A DNA stretch of 64,000 nt from Takakia lepidozioides (Eukaryota > Plantae > Bryophyta), in contig CM060732.1 in the NCBI GenBank assembly GCA_030704615.1, forward strand, positions 17,422,001-17,486,000. The letters run 5' to 3'. Below are positions 11,916-23,219 of the stretch, one piece after another. Both the position numbers and the translations under genes were made by a program. A model generated the notes under the pieces. That model had not been told where the DNA came from. It saw only the letters and a program-made list of their open reading frames with translations, and did no database searches. The stretch's first letter is position 1. Each line of letters begins with the position of its first letter.

Positions 11916-14900
11916 TCATGATCTGCCATTCAATTGAGGCTTCTCCTCTATTTGAAGAACGGTATCATTCTCTAGAGATTTCTCTGGGTTCCCTTGTCCC
12001 AGATTGTTGGCAGGCTTAACTAAATTGATGTCACCTTGGATGTCATCGATGGTCCGCTTGGGTCCATCGAAGTTGTGCCTGGCCGTGACAAACCAGTAGG
12101 TGAGGCCAGCTGCAATGCAACCCAGCAGACTGATAGGAGCATAATTGAAGGTGGAGGCAGTAACAGGGTAAGCCGGAGGGAAACAGAAGAGGACAGACAT
12201 TACGGCACCCCAGAGAGCTCCCCAACCGCCTATCCAGATGCCATAGCGACCAAGAGAGAAAGGTCCTGCCTCAAATCTGTTATTGAAGAGGTGGCGGCAG
12301 ACAAGCACAATTGTGTAGGGACCGTAGGCAGTGATAGTGGACATGGCTGTAATGGCAGTGAATGCAACGGAGCTGCCAAGCGATGGCAGTGTGCAGATGA
12401 AGGAGCCGATGACGGTGACGATGGTGGCATTTATGGGGATGCGCTCTTTAGCGGTGAGTTTCGTTAACCAGCCGTGGGCGGGCAAGGCCACGTCTCTGGC
12501 CATGGCATATGCCTGCAACATCACAGCGCAAGAGTAGCCTTTAGAAACAGCTCCGGCAAAGGTGGGAGGAGCATCTCAGAGAGAATGCCTTCAGGAAGAG
12601 TACAAGGTCTACAGAGAGTTAAGCCTGGAAAAGAGAGACTATACCATGCGGGCAGTAAGGGTAACGTTTGTGATGTTTCCAAAGAAAAGAGACACGGCAG
12701 ACAAGGTGGTGAAGGCGATGGCGCCTGCAGTGCCATGGCCATACTTGGCGTGGAATGCGTCAAAGAAAATCTGGCTGCCTGCTGATGCGTCTCCTCCTCC
12801 TGCCCCACACCCACCATAGCTTTTTCAGCGCACCGATGAATTTTCACCCTCCTCTACATTTCAACCTGCAAATATGAAGTTCTTTTCTAGTGAACTGACA
12901 TAAATGTAATCTTCGGTGAACATGCCAACTTTGGTCCGCATCTAGCTGGCCTTCATGGGTTATTCACGACGTGAGTTCAAAACACTCGAGAAGTTGTTTT
13001 GTCAGACCTGGTTGTGCGCCAACGTATAAATATGCTGTATCTGGTGGGACGGGAAGAGGACTAAAGGAATGGAATGGTACTTTATAATGTCTGCGGGAAG
13101 CTCAAAGAGCTTATGGGACAAGAGGAAGAAATGAGATGGTACTTTATAAATTCCGCGGAACGCTCAGGAAACAAACAAAGATGAGATTACCTCTATAACC
13201 AAACATATATCACTCAAAAAGGCCAGTCCAAAGCGGTAATCACCTGTGGTTGTGTTGGAACCCAAAACATTCTCGGGGATCTGGATGCAGAAGGTCATGA
13301 CAAGGAGGAGAAGGAACTCGGTGGAGGCGGTCACATACACACTGTTGATCATGGCGCGGGGGCCTGCCATGGCTGCGGTGGTCACCTCTTCCACAACGTG
13401 TGACCCGACTTCAAAGCCCGTGAGAATGGACTGGGCATAAGGAAGCCCCAGAAGAACTACCAGCACTCCACTGCTGATGCCTTGGTCAGGAGCTTTGACG
13501 AAAGATGTGAAGACAAATTTGGCACTTTGGTAATGTGGGACGATGCTAATGAGAGTGATGCAAATCACGACTGTGGAAAAAATTTGGAACCAGGCGCCAA
13601 TTGCACTTAGAATTCCCAGCCACCGCGTGCTGACGATGGAGATGAAAAAGTGCAAGATGAAGAGGCCCGCCGTCACCCCGCAAATCTATCCCATCCAACC
13701 AAATAGAGTGTGCAGATCAGCAAACTGTAACAACAACATACCGTACTAAATATATAGAGATCAGAAGACCGCAGTGTGTTTCTTCTCGTACAACTGTCTT
13801 TGGCAGCTTCGGAAAGCTGATCATCTTTGAAAGCAAAAACTGTGCACGTAAATACTCAGGATATGGAGAGAAGTCTAGATTCCTGATATCTATCTCCCTG
13901 AGCATAGCCGCCTTCGAAAAGATCGCTTTAATGAAAATTTCAGATATGGATCAGCATCTGGACTGTTCTGGTCTGGACAAGATCACCGATACAAGGGGTG
14001 GGCAACCTAGTTCCAGGCCAAATGCTGTGTTTCTTGGCTACAATATTGCTGCTGAAGTGTTGCGTTTGAAGAAAAGAGTACTAGCACTATATAATCATGG
14101 GACAGGCTCTTCCAAGCCACTTGTGAATTAATGTCGTACTTTGATTATATGTACACTATGAAACAAGAGAGGATTGGTGGGGGGGTACCTGTGCTGCAGA
14201 GAGACTGTAACCATTGGCCTGTGCACCGCCCGTGCCCAGGAGGACGATGGTGCCTATAAACTGTGCCAGCAAATACTCATTGAGCGCAGTCCCGCAGAAA
14301 GAGCCCACGAGATAAATCCAACCCACGAACCATGAGAGCCAGGGCGCGTGTTTCTTGGGTACTAGCTGGGCTACCCAGTAGTACACACTCCCGAGTGTAG
14401 GAAATGCTGAGATCACCTGCATACAAGGTAACAAATTTCCGAAGGCTTAGTGGACTTAGAATGTGTACATGCAGGAAGCAAAATGGGGATGCATGTGCAG
14501 ACCGTAGGTGTACATATATGAGACCACCATTGTTACGAAGCCACTTACCTTCAGCACTGTCAATTGCTCAAGGTACCGAATGTTGCTCAAGGTGTTCACG
14601 ATATTGTGTCATTGATGAGGATTGTACAATTCATGCTCGTTGTTCGCCGAGCAGGGCTACAATTTTGACGCATGATTGCTCAAAACAATACCAGAGTGGG
14701 AATTCGGACAACAATGGTCGCTCTGAAGATTGAAGATCGGGTTCAGGAAGATCCTTCAAGGTCGAACCCTCCTGAAGAAGGATTTTCAGCGAGCACTACG
14801 ATTGCAAGTGGGAATATTGTTGCATGATCAAAAGCAATTGGCGCAAGCCTTCCAGACGTATACTGTAAGTTCAATGACTATGACATAACTAAATGTTCAT

Positions 14901-15238
14901 TGTTTTGGTCCTTCACTACGTACTGCATCGATGTGGGCTAATGCATCGCCCATTACCTCAGACATCCCATAGGCCATACACAACGTGCCTACAGTGGTGG
15001 CGATATACCCCCACATGATGGTAACTGGTCCACCATAAGAGTACATAAACCCGTAGTACCCCGTGATGAAGCCCAGAGGCGCAGTGTAGGAGAAGGTGTA
15101 GGCCCATTGTTGAAAGGGGCTCATCACGCGCTTGTACTCCTGCTTGTATCCCAGTTCATTGAGCCTCTTCTCATCCTCGTCTGCGGTACTGATCGGACCC
15201 CTTTCATCGTCTAAATGTAACACCTTTCCGGTGTCCAT
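11916..15238 (-). CDS. APC-superfamily amino-acid/GABA permease (BAT1/GABP-like)
   Basis: Exons approx. 15238-14957, 14416-14189, 13685-13244, 12778-12645, 12512-11916 (a small extra exon is possible). Motifs RLNELGYKQEYKR, YGGPVTIMWG, SAFPTLGSVYYW, YAMARDVALP, GPFSLGRYG, FNYAP. Confidence 0.9.
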
Positions 15239-16059
15239 TGCGACTCGCGGAAAGAGGGATAGCAGAGGAGTTTGGGAGAAAGGGAAGTCTAGAAAGCTAG
15301 AGAGAACGAGAGAGGTTGAGCCTCCATCGGGTGAAAGGCAATATCTAGAGAGAGTCTAGACAGTCAATCAAACATAGAGAGGACGAGAGAGGAGACACAG
15401 AACATGGGCGATCCCTTGATAAGAGTGACCCAATTAAGCTACCGATTGGCCAGCTTCCAGCAAGATCTCACCTCCTAAACAGATTCGTGGAGATTGAACT
15501 TCGAATATTTAAAAAGAGACCTCGACAACCAACTGCTGCCCAGCTGCGGCAAGAACCTCACAGCGACAAGCAAGAAAAAGAGATACCAGGGATAGAAGGC
15601 CCAGCAGGAAGTCTGACAGAAGGAGCAAAGCTTCTACAGCCTTTATAATGGCACACCAGCCAGTCTGCCTGGCATGGAGACATCATCACGGCCCACAACC
15701 ATCGCTGTGTTGCTTTCCACCTTCACCGCATGATCTTCCCCTGTGGCTCAGGTGACCTCCTAATTATCCTTTGTCTTATCACACGCCTTACCTTTCTAAT
15801 AATCCCTACATTTCTTACGAATCCGAACACCGTCTACGGTATTTCCAAAACAAACTCGTTTTGGTGTGAGAAAAGTTGCTATCGGATGGACAGCCGCACT
15901 AGTCTGACAAACCCAATTCAGTTGTTGCACAGCCCGGGCCGCATCGGAGCCGGCCTTTTGGGGAGGGCGTTACACTTCCCGTTATTAATTCTCTTTGAAA
16001 GACGCCCGACTGGAATTTTCCCCTCCGAGTCATGAACTTCTCTCCGTCCAATTTCAAAA

Positions 16060-16245
16060 GAAAACAAGTCTCCAAGGGCAATGGGCTCCCTGCTTTGGCA
16101 AAACATAAGAGGAAGGTAAGAATACCTAGCACGACTCAGCACAACACGCCAATCGGTGCCTTGACCCGGTGTAAGGTCCTTTGACCACATTTTCTCCATT
16201 GACTTGAACATGATGCGTACTCTCTCTCTACAAGAGAGCCAACAA
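16060..16245 (-). repeat. Second copy of the ~200-bp dispersed repeat, upstream of the permease
   Basis: Reverse complement matches 7975-8185; both copies give the ORF-track peptide KSMEKMWSK.LTP.QG.DW.VVLS. Confidence 0.75.
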
Positions 16246-19042
16246 AAGCAGTTCTGTTGTTTCTTAAATTCGAACTCTGTGATATGCCAGTTCATGATAT
16301 GCTACTATGAATTTCAAGTTTATTGTCTCAGTTGGATAATTCAGTTGGGAAAAAAAATTTCTCATATTCTCCACAACTGAGTGGTATAGGTAATTAGTAT
16401 AACTACACTCCCCTATTTTTCCGAATCTTCCTTTCGGAGTAATGAATATCAATATCATGAAAATGTTTTGTTAAGAGATCAGTGTCCATCAGTTTACCTC
16501 ACACCCTCCATAACTTGGAAACAGCCCAGAGAAATTCCTCTCACACTCCTCAATTAAATAAGCCAGTCTCAGTACTTCCCATTAGCAGAGCTTGTTGTGA
16601 ACCCGGTACCACATCCAGCCCCAGATCTTCTTTGAATGGAGGCACCTTATATCAGCTATTGAAAATGTAGATGGATACTGAATCTTTGAAACCTGGATGA
16701 TTTGATTTTTATTTTCTTAAAAACAGGGGACAATTCGAAATTGAGACTAAAAAGGAGGAAAAATAAGCATCCAAAGGAGCCATGAAGGCTTAAAATATAG
16801 GGGGCACCATCCCGTATTTGTATTTTATGCAACCCCATAGAGCTGACGCAAGCGAGGTGGAGAAAATAACCACCCAGGAAGGGGAATGGATGATTAGATT
16901 TGGTCTGTGCTTCCCCAGTGGTCTTATTTATCGGAGCTATTGACCCCTGTTCTGGAAATATATATCGGAGTTATAACACAAGGTTATTTCTTATGACGGA
17001 CAGGCTTCCTCCCCCTTAAGTTCCCAAGCCCTTTTTTGACTTTTTATCAATTTTGAGTACCCAGCTGCAGTAAATTGCCCCTAGAAACCTACCAAAAATC
17101 ATCCAAAGATTCCATCCTTATAACAGTGGGCCCAGCTCATTTATGCATGACATACCAAAAAATGAGCCAAGTCCACCGTGGAAATTGTGAGATTATAACA
17201 TTGGCCTGGACCTCAAATATCAGGTCCCAAAGAAAAAGTGAGAAAGAAATAGGTTTGACCAAATCAAAACCTAGCTTTATCCAATTTTGCTTGCCCCAAG
17301 ACCCACCATTTCCAAATCAATAGTGGAGTGGCTATGACCCCACTAAATTGCAGGTCCAACTGATTTTTTCACCTATGGTTGCTTTGCATGCAATTACATA
17401 GGGGTAATAATCTCAAAATTGACAAGAGAAAATGTGCCTCCAAATGAAGTACTTTTTTTTCTACAAACTTTTTAAAAGCCAATGGTGGATGTGTGTCTAT
17501 AATGCTCACACACCACAAGGTGAAGTGCTTTTTCCAAAATTGCTAATTTTCTGCCAAAAATGGCCTTTGGAGTGCAATCTGTTTTGGGCTTGTTTACCTG
17601 CCACGTCAGCGGTCAACAAGCCCTTTTCAGGCCCCAAAACGTAAATGAGAGATCTAAGATATTTTTTGTAGGTCGCAGCTTTTGTTTTCTTTTTAAATTT
17701 GTTTTTTGCATCAAACTCGAGACAAATCCCTTGTCATTAAAGCTTCAGGAGTGGGCCCCATCAGATTAGATCTGCAAAAATTTGGTCGAACTGCAAATTC
17801 AAAGTGACCCGATTCAGGTCGCTTGGGAACTTGGGTTAAAGAAGAACTTTTAAAGAAGAAAGAAAAATAGAAGCTATATTATAACGTAGAATTATTTATT
17901 TGCTTACTTGTGATTTAAAGAAACAAAAGGGCAAATTTTCCTCAGCAAGGGCGACAGTAGTGAACTTTATGCGCCGGACGCGTGCAAGCATAAAAACCAT
18001 GCAGTCTCTTTATCCATGGAGGTGCCGAGTCCTGAGTATGACAAAACCACCTGCCTTGTTTTGCCGCTCTCAAGAAGCTATGAATTTATCTTGCAGTGCA
18101 GTAGGGAAATGTGACTACTCTTTTTGTTTCGCTGTTCAAGGTTGGAAGGGCAATGAAGGGTACAATTTTTGTTGCGCTACTTGCGTCCGTAGCAGTAGAG
18201 AGTCATTGCTGACATAATCACGGCTTTTAAACATTGGGGTGGTCTACACCCACCAATTGTCTCGGATCGCGACAATTTGAGTGCTTGTCGTGTTCGGGTC
18301 CCCACTTCTTATTAACATTATAAAGCCGAAAGTTTGTGGAGAGTACATCCAGGGGTCGGTTGAGTCCCTCTTGAGTAGTACATCCTCTTGTTAACACTTG
18401 CTACTTCCATGGCTTCCCGGATAATCAGTTTTCCCGGGCGGTCACTCCCTAAGAAAATAATCAGGTCCGAATATTATTTAGGTCTAATATTTTGGCGAAT
18501 GAGAAAAGTGCAGGAGCCCACCCGTTCTGCCGTACCCGGGCTGCAGCCCCCGTTCGGTCGCGGCCTGTGGCAACCGCGGGCCAAGGGCCTCCGCGGTGCG
18601 AGAAGAGCACCCAGCGTGGCCGCGCGTGGGGAGGGTCTGCCACGGACCGGCCGTCCGGGGCATCTGTGTGGTGGGAGCGTGGCTGCGCAAGTCGACGGCC
18701 GTCGCCACGCGCCCGGCACAAGCCCCCCGGTGCCCACGGGTCAACGTCTCCCGTCGTCCTCACTCTGGGCCCAGATTCCCGTAGGCTTTTAACTTTGAGA
18801 CTGTCTCCGACAACCACAAATTTGATTCATGAAAGGAATGTGTGTGAGAGATATAGTACCCACGATCAATTGGGGGGAGATTAGAAGGTCAGGCAACCCG
18901 GCAACCCGACACTGTGGGAAGAGCCAATCAGTGGGGCCGACGGGAGGCTTGGAGAGGAGGGAAATGGCTCCACAGGCTGCACACACCTGTACGTATAGAA
19001 GTAGGGGGTACGCGTAGAAGCGGGGTTGATGGGAGGTAGACA

Positions 19043-19640
19043 TCAATCAATATATGAAGCAATATATGAAGCGAGACGTTTGTTTGTTTTGTTTGTTTTG
19101 TTTTGTTGAGATGTCCCAAACCGCAAGGCCCTGGCGCTGGTGCTTGGTACCGTTGGAAAGCCCTCGACGAGGAGGGGTGCATGGGCTTGGTCTCATGATT
19201 TTTGGACAAGCGGTGAGGGAGATGTGGAATTCCAAGTACTTTTGGTCGCTGGAAATTCACAAAAAATAGAAAAAATGGCAAAGTGGGCAACAATGGTTGG
19301 AGCCTCGACACGAGAGACATCAAGGGAAAGGTCTCTGGTTCAAATCTGGTCGTAGGCTCTGTGGAAAAAAACTTACTTAGATGACATTGAACACTTGGGC
19401 CAACGGCAAAGGCTACCCTAGAGGTTGCATTTGGGCCTCGACATAGGAAACGCACTTTGATATATAGGGGATTGCACTTGGACTTCGATGACACTGGACA
19501 CTTGGGCCAACGACACAGGCTACCCTAGAGGTCGCATTTGGGCCTCGACATAGGAGACGCACTTGTATACATACATAAGGGATTGCACTTGGGCTTAGAT
19601 GACACTTCACACTTGGGCCAACGGCACGGGCTACCCTAGT
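19043..19640 (-). mobile_element. Non-autonomous Helitron/Helentron-like repeat, single unit
   Basis: On the minus strand it starts ACTAGGGTAGCCCGTGCCGTTGGCCC, has ~110-bp internal subrepeats and ends (CAAAA/CAAA)n-CGTCTCGCTTCATATATTGAT. No TIR and no coding capacity. Class assignment is by architecture only. Confidence 0.55.
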
Positions 19641-21635
19641 GGGTTTTTATATAGAGGATGGGATGGGGCCACCTTCCATAAGCAGCGGTGGGCCCCTTCT
19701 AGAAGGCTCCACCACCGCCTCCAAAGACTATATAAGGAGGGTAAGGGTTCCATTTTATTACGCCTCCTTTTTGTGGGCTCTGCAATCAGGGCCCCTTATA
19801 AAATAAAAATTTGGAATCTGAACCTATCTAATTAGAAACTCTCTTACTATATACTAGAATCATTTTTGCACCATCAAAAGTTTTAAGAACACAGCCATAT
19901 ACAACCACAATAGCTATTATATGTATTTTTGCTGATATACATATCATCCATATAACAAAGCTACAATTGACAAGGTTGGGACCAGCCCTTGTTTTTCATT
20001 TCTGAAGTTTCACAGTCAGCAGGCTCCTTGGAATTGGTGATTATATTCAAAAAATTTGGTGTAATGGCTGGCAATAATACTTAAATTCAGGTTGAGTTTT
20101 GGCGAAGTGTGAAACCAAATAAAAAGATGGAATGTTGATGGGGGAGAGCTCCAGGGAGATGGCGGAGAGGCGCGCAACGGTCTTCTCGTCTTCCCCGACT
20201 CGAATCCATGCCGCAGCGCAACGAGACCATCCTGTCGCTGGGACGATCATTCCCCTTCTCTTCAAGCCGGGCCTAACCTTCTTTTTTATAGGATCTTCAT
20301 GGTGTTTCATTAACATTCTCTCATCCTCGCCTCCATCCTCATTCTAAACCCCTCCTCATTCATCTCCATAGTCTCATCTTAAGCCACACCCCCCTTAGTG
20401 TCACCCTCGGTGCTCTATCGCTTCAGCCGCCAAACATTAATATCGTACGTCCAAAGCGACCCTTCCCCCCTCTTTCTCACCCCTCGTTGTCCACCATCGT
20501 ATTCGGGTCTCTCATCGTCTCTCTCCTTGCAGTCTCCCGTCAGTGTCTAATCCCTGCTCACGCCGAGGCATCCCTGCAGCTACTTCAGGCTGGTCACTCA
20601 GTTCACTTATAACCATTTTATCGCGTTACTCCCCCTCTAAGCTACGTTACATATGGCTCTCTGTTTTCGCTCCCGCCGGGCCCAAGCCGGGGCCTACACA
20701 TACCTTGCATCAAGACATGTTCTTTTCGGTCCCTCACCCGAACCCATACCCGATCTGGTTACCGGAGGTTTATAACGGTTTATTCTGGAGCACACCTACG
20801 GACTGCTATGAACTAGGGCAAGAGCACCCCCCGTGCCACTCAATGTTGCCCGTGTGCTTCGTACTTTGGGCGGACAAGGCCATGGCCCGAACTGTCTGAC
20901 CGTTGCACTCAAGAAGGACGAGTCGATTACCACCAATGGTGCAACAGCGCTGCTCAAGCCCTCACCGTGCTCCAGTATGGGTAAGTTAAGTGCATTGCGA
21001 GCTCCGTGGGCCACATCTCAACTATGGAGAAGCTCTATCCTTCCTACTGCCCGCTGGTTAACTGGCTTCATCTGGGCCCAGGGATGTCTGCTGTTTACCG
21101 TGCTGTGACCCATGAAGGTGCTGATCCACTAGGGTGGAGTCTTGATCACACCTCGAACACCACTATGCGGTGCCCACTCATTGTGGCTTGGCAGCCAGTA
21201 AATCTCACTGCAAAGTTCATCATGGTCTACCCCAGCAGCGTGGACTACCCCCGGAGCGTGGAGACCACCCAACCCATCGCCCCCAACAACAATGGAATCC
21301 ATATCAGAGAACTCAAAAGAGGTGAACAATTCTGAACCGGCGGGAATCGTACTACATGCACATGTTATAACAAATGGCTGCCCCAACACCCTCCGGCTAG
21401 TAGGGAACCCTCTCACTTCCTCTCGTTTCTGTGGATGTTTTCATTTCCCCATCAAAGACAATGGCATTTGAATTCACTGGTAACGAACTCTTCGCATGTT
21501 CTGCAAAGGTTCTTTCCTGGGCTACTCACTAATCGCTTGTGGCGTTTCAGCCCCCTGCATGCACACTTTCACTCCATATTTGGTCTCTCCGGAGATAAGG
21601 GCAGGCTCATCAAGTGTCACCATGTTGTTCTTATT

Positions 21636-21667
<32 letters not shown>

Positions 21668-21820
21668 CAATTCTCCATATGCTTGCCTAGATCCATGCCT
21701 GATGGACCCTATGCCCCCTCGACTCTATAGCCCACTTCCAAATGGGTGTTTTTGAGGTCTCTTCAGACAACAATTGAAAGCATGGAGGGTACTTGAAAGG
21801 GATTGAATACATAGCAGAAG

Positions 21821-22710
21821 GGGTGTGCATCAAAGCACACCGTTTCTGCCCCATCCAAAAGGCTTTTTTTTGAGGTCTCTTCAGACAACAACAAAAAGCA
21901 TGTAGGGTACTTGAAAGGATTGAATACAAAGTTGAAATGGTGCGCGTCAAAGCACACCGTTTCTGCCCCACCAAAAGGCTCAAATTTGTTTGCAAATTAG
22001 ACGAGAACACAAAGCCTAAAGGATCCTTGAAAGGGGTCGAATACAATGCATAAATGGTACCAGAAAACACTGCAAAGACGGTGTGCGGTGGCGCACACCG
22101 TCTCTGCTCCCTGTCAAGGTTCCTTTTTGTTTGAAACTTTGAGTGGAAGCGAAGGCAGTGATTAGGAATGAAGGAGATTCAGAATGATGCAGAAATGGTG
22201 TGCATCACCGCACACCGATTCTGCTGTCTCATTCGCTTCAGTTCCTTTGAATGCGCAGGCATGAAAAGGAGTTATGTGTACTGGGTAGAAGAAGGTTGAA
22301 TACAATGCAGAAAGGGTGTTCGTCGCCGCACACCCATTCTTCCCCTCATAGATCTTGGGTAGCAGTGTTGCAAGAGTAGAGTCTGCAATTGCAACGTCTT
22401 GTATTTCGGTGTGATTCGACACACCGATTAGGCTCTTCATCTAGAAATGGGGTCAGGCAGAATGGTGTGCGTTGACGCACACCGTTTTTCCAACCAACCA
22501 GGGGGGAAAACCAAAAAAAAAAAAGTTGGGGGGGGGGACAGAGGAGTGACGGGGCTTTAGAAGGTGTGCGGCAACGCACACCACTTCCCAGTGCAAAACA
22601 AAACGTGAAATTTTTTCAAGACAATGACTGAGGTGGAGAATCAATGACCGGCCTGGACAAAAATGCAGTAGAGAGTCGGCCATTGAGGATGTGCGTCACC
22701 GCACACCCTT
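21821..22710. repeat. Degenerate array of 22-bp palindromes, subfamily C (GGTGTGCG-N4-CGCACACC core)
   Basis: Copies start at ~21821, 21938, 22079, 22196, 22314, 22407, 22463, 22562 and 22687. Confidence 0.75.
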
Positions 22711-22779
22711 TTCAAGTGCACTGAACACGAACAAAAAAGAACAAGAGGCCAATGCATGAAGGGGATGAATTACCATCTC

Positions 22780-23115
22780 GCCTGGACAATCCCCTTTGGT
22801 TAGATACATCGTGTTGACACAGTTCCAAGTCTTTACTGCCCCGCATCCCAGAGGCTTTCAAGTAACTGGCAAGAGCTCAACGACAGCGCAGGTTGATCGA
22901 CTGGATGAGGACAAGAACTCCTGCATCTGAAAAGAAGAAGTTGCAAAAGGAGAACACCCACCGCCAGTACCGTTCATCAAAGGAGTTCCAGGTTGGGCAA
23001 GTATCCGCTGGAGGCACATCTGGAGTTCTGGGAGTCCATCTGGAATATCCAGAATGACCAACTCTGCTGCAAATGTCTTTTCTTTGCCGTTCCTCTCCAT
23101 TCCCTTTCGCACTAG
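22780..23115 (-). pseudogene. Fragment of the transposon-borne MTase gene (subfamily C), frameshifted
   Basis: NGKEKTFAAELVILDIPDGLP / PDVPPADTCPTWNSFDERYWRWVFSFCNFFFSDAGVLVLIQS closely matches the exon at ~46292-46625. Confidence 0.85.
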
Positions 23116-23219
23116 GAAGTGGTGCGATAGATGATATATGAACGTTGGATGATATATGAGGGATGGATGATAAAGGTGGAGTCCTAGATGGGTGGACTCT
23201 GGAGATTCGATCCGCGGAA

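Noticed and set aside
18500-18790. GC-rich island as a structured RNA gene
   Set aside because: No recognisable tRNA, rRNA or snRNA motifs; probably a TE remnant and not supportable from the sequence.
21435-21755. Polyproline ORF
   Set aside because: Produced by a ~29-nt poly-C run; no other coding signal.
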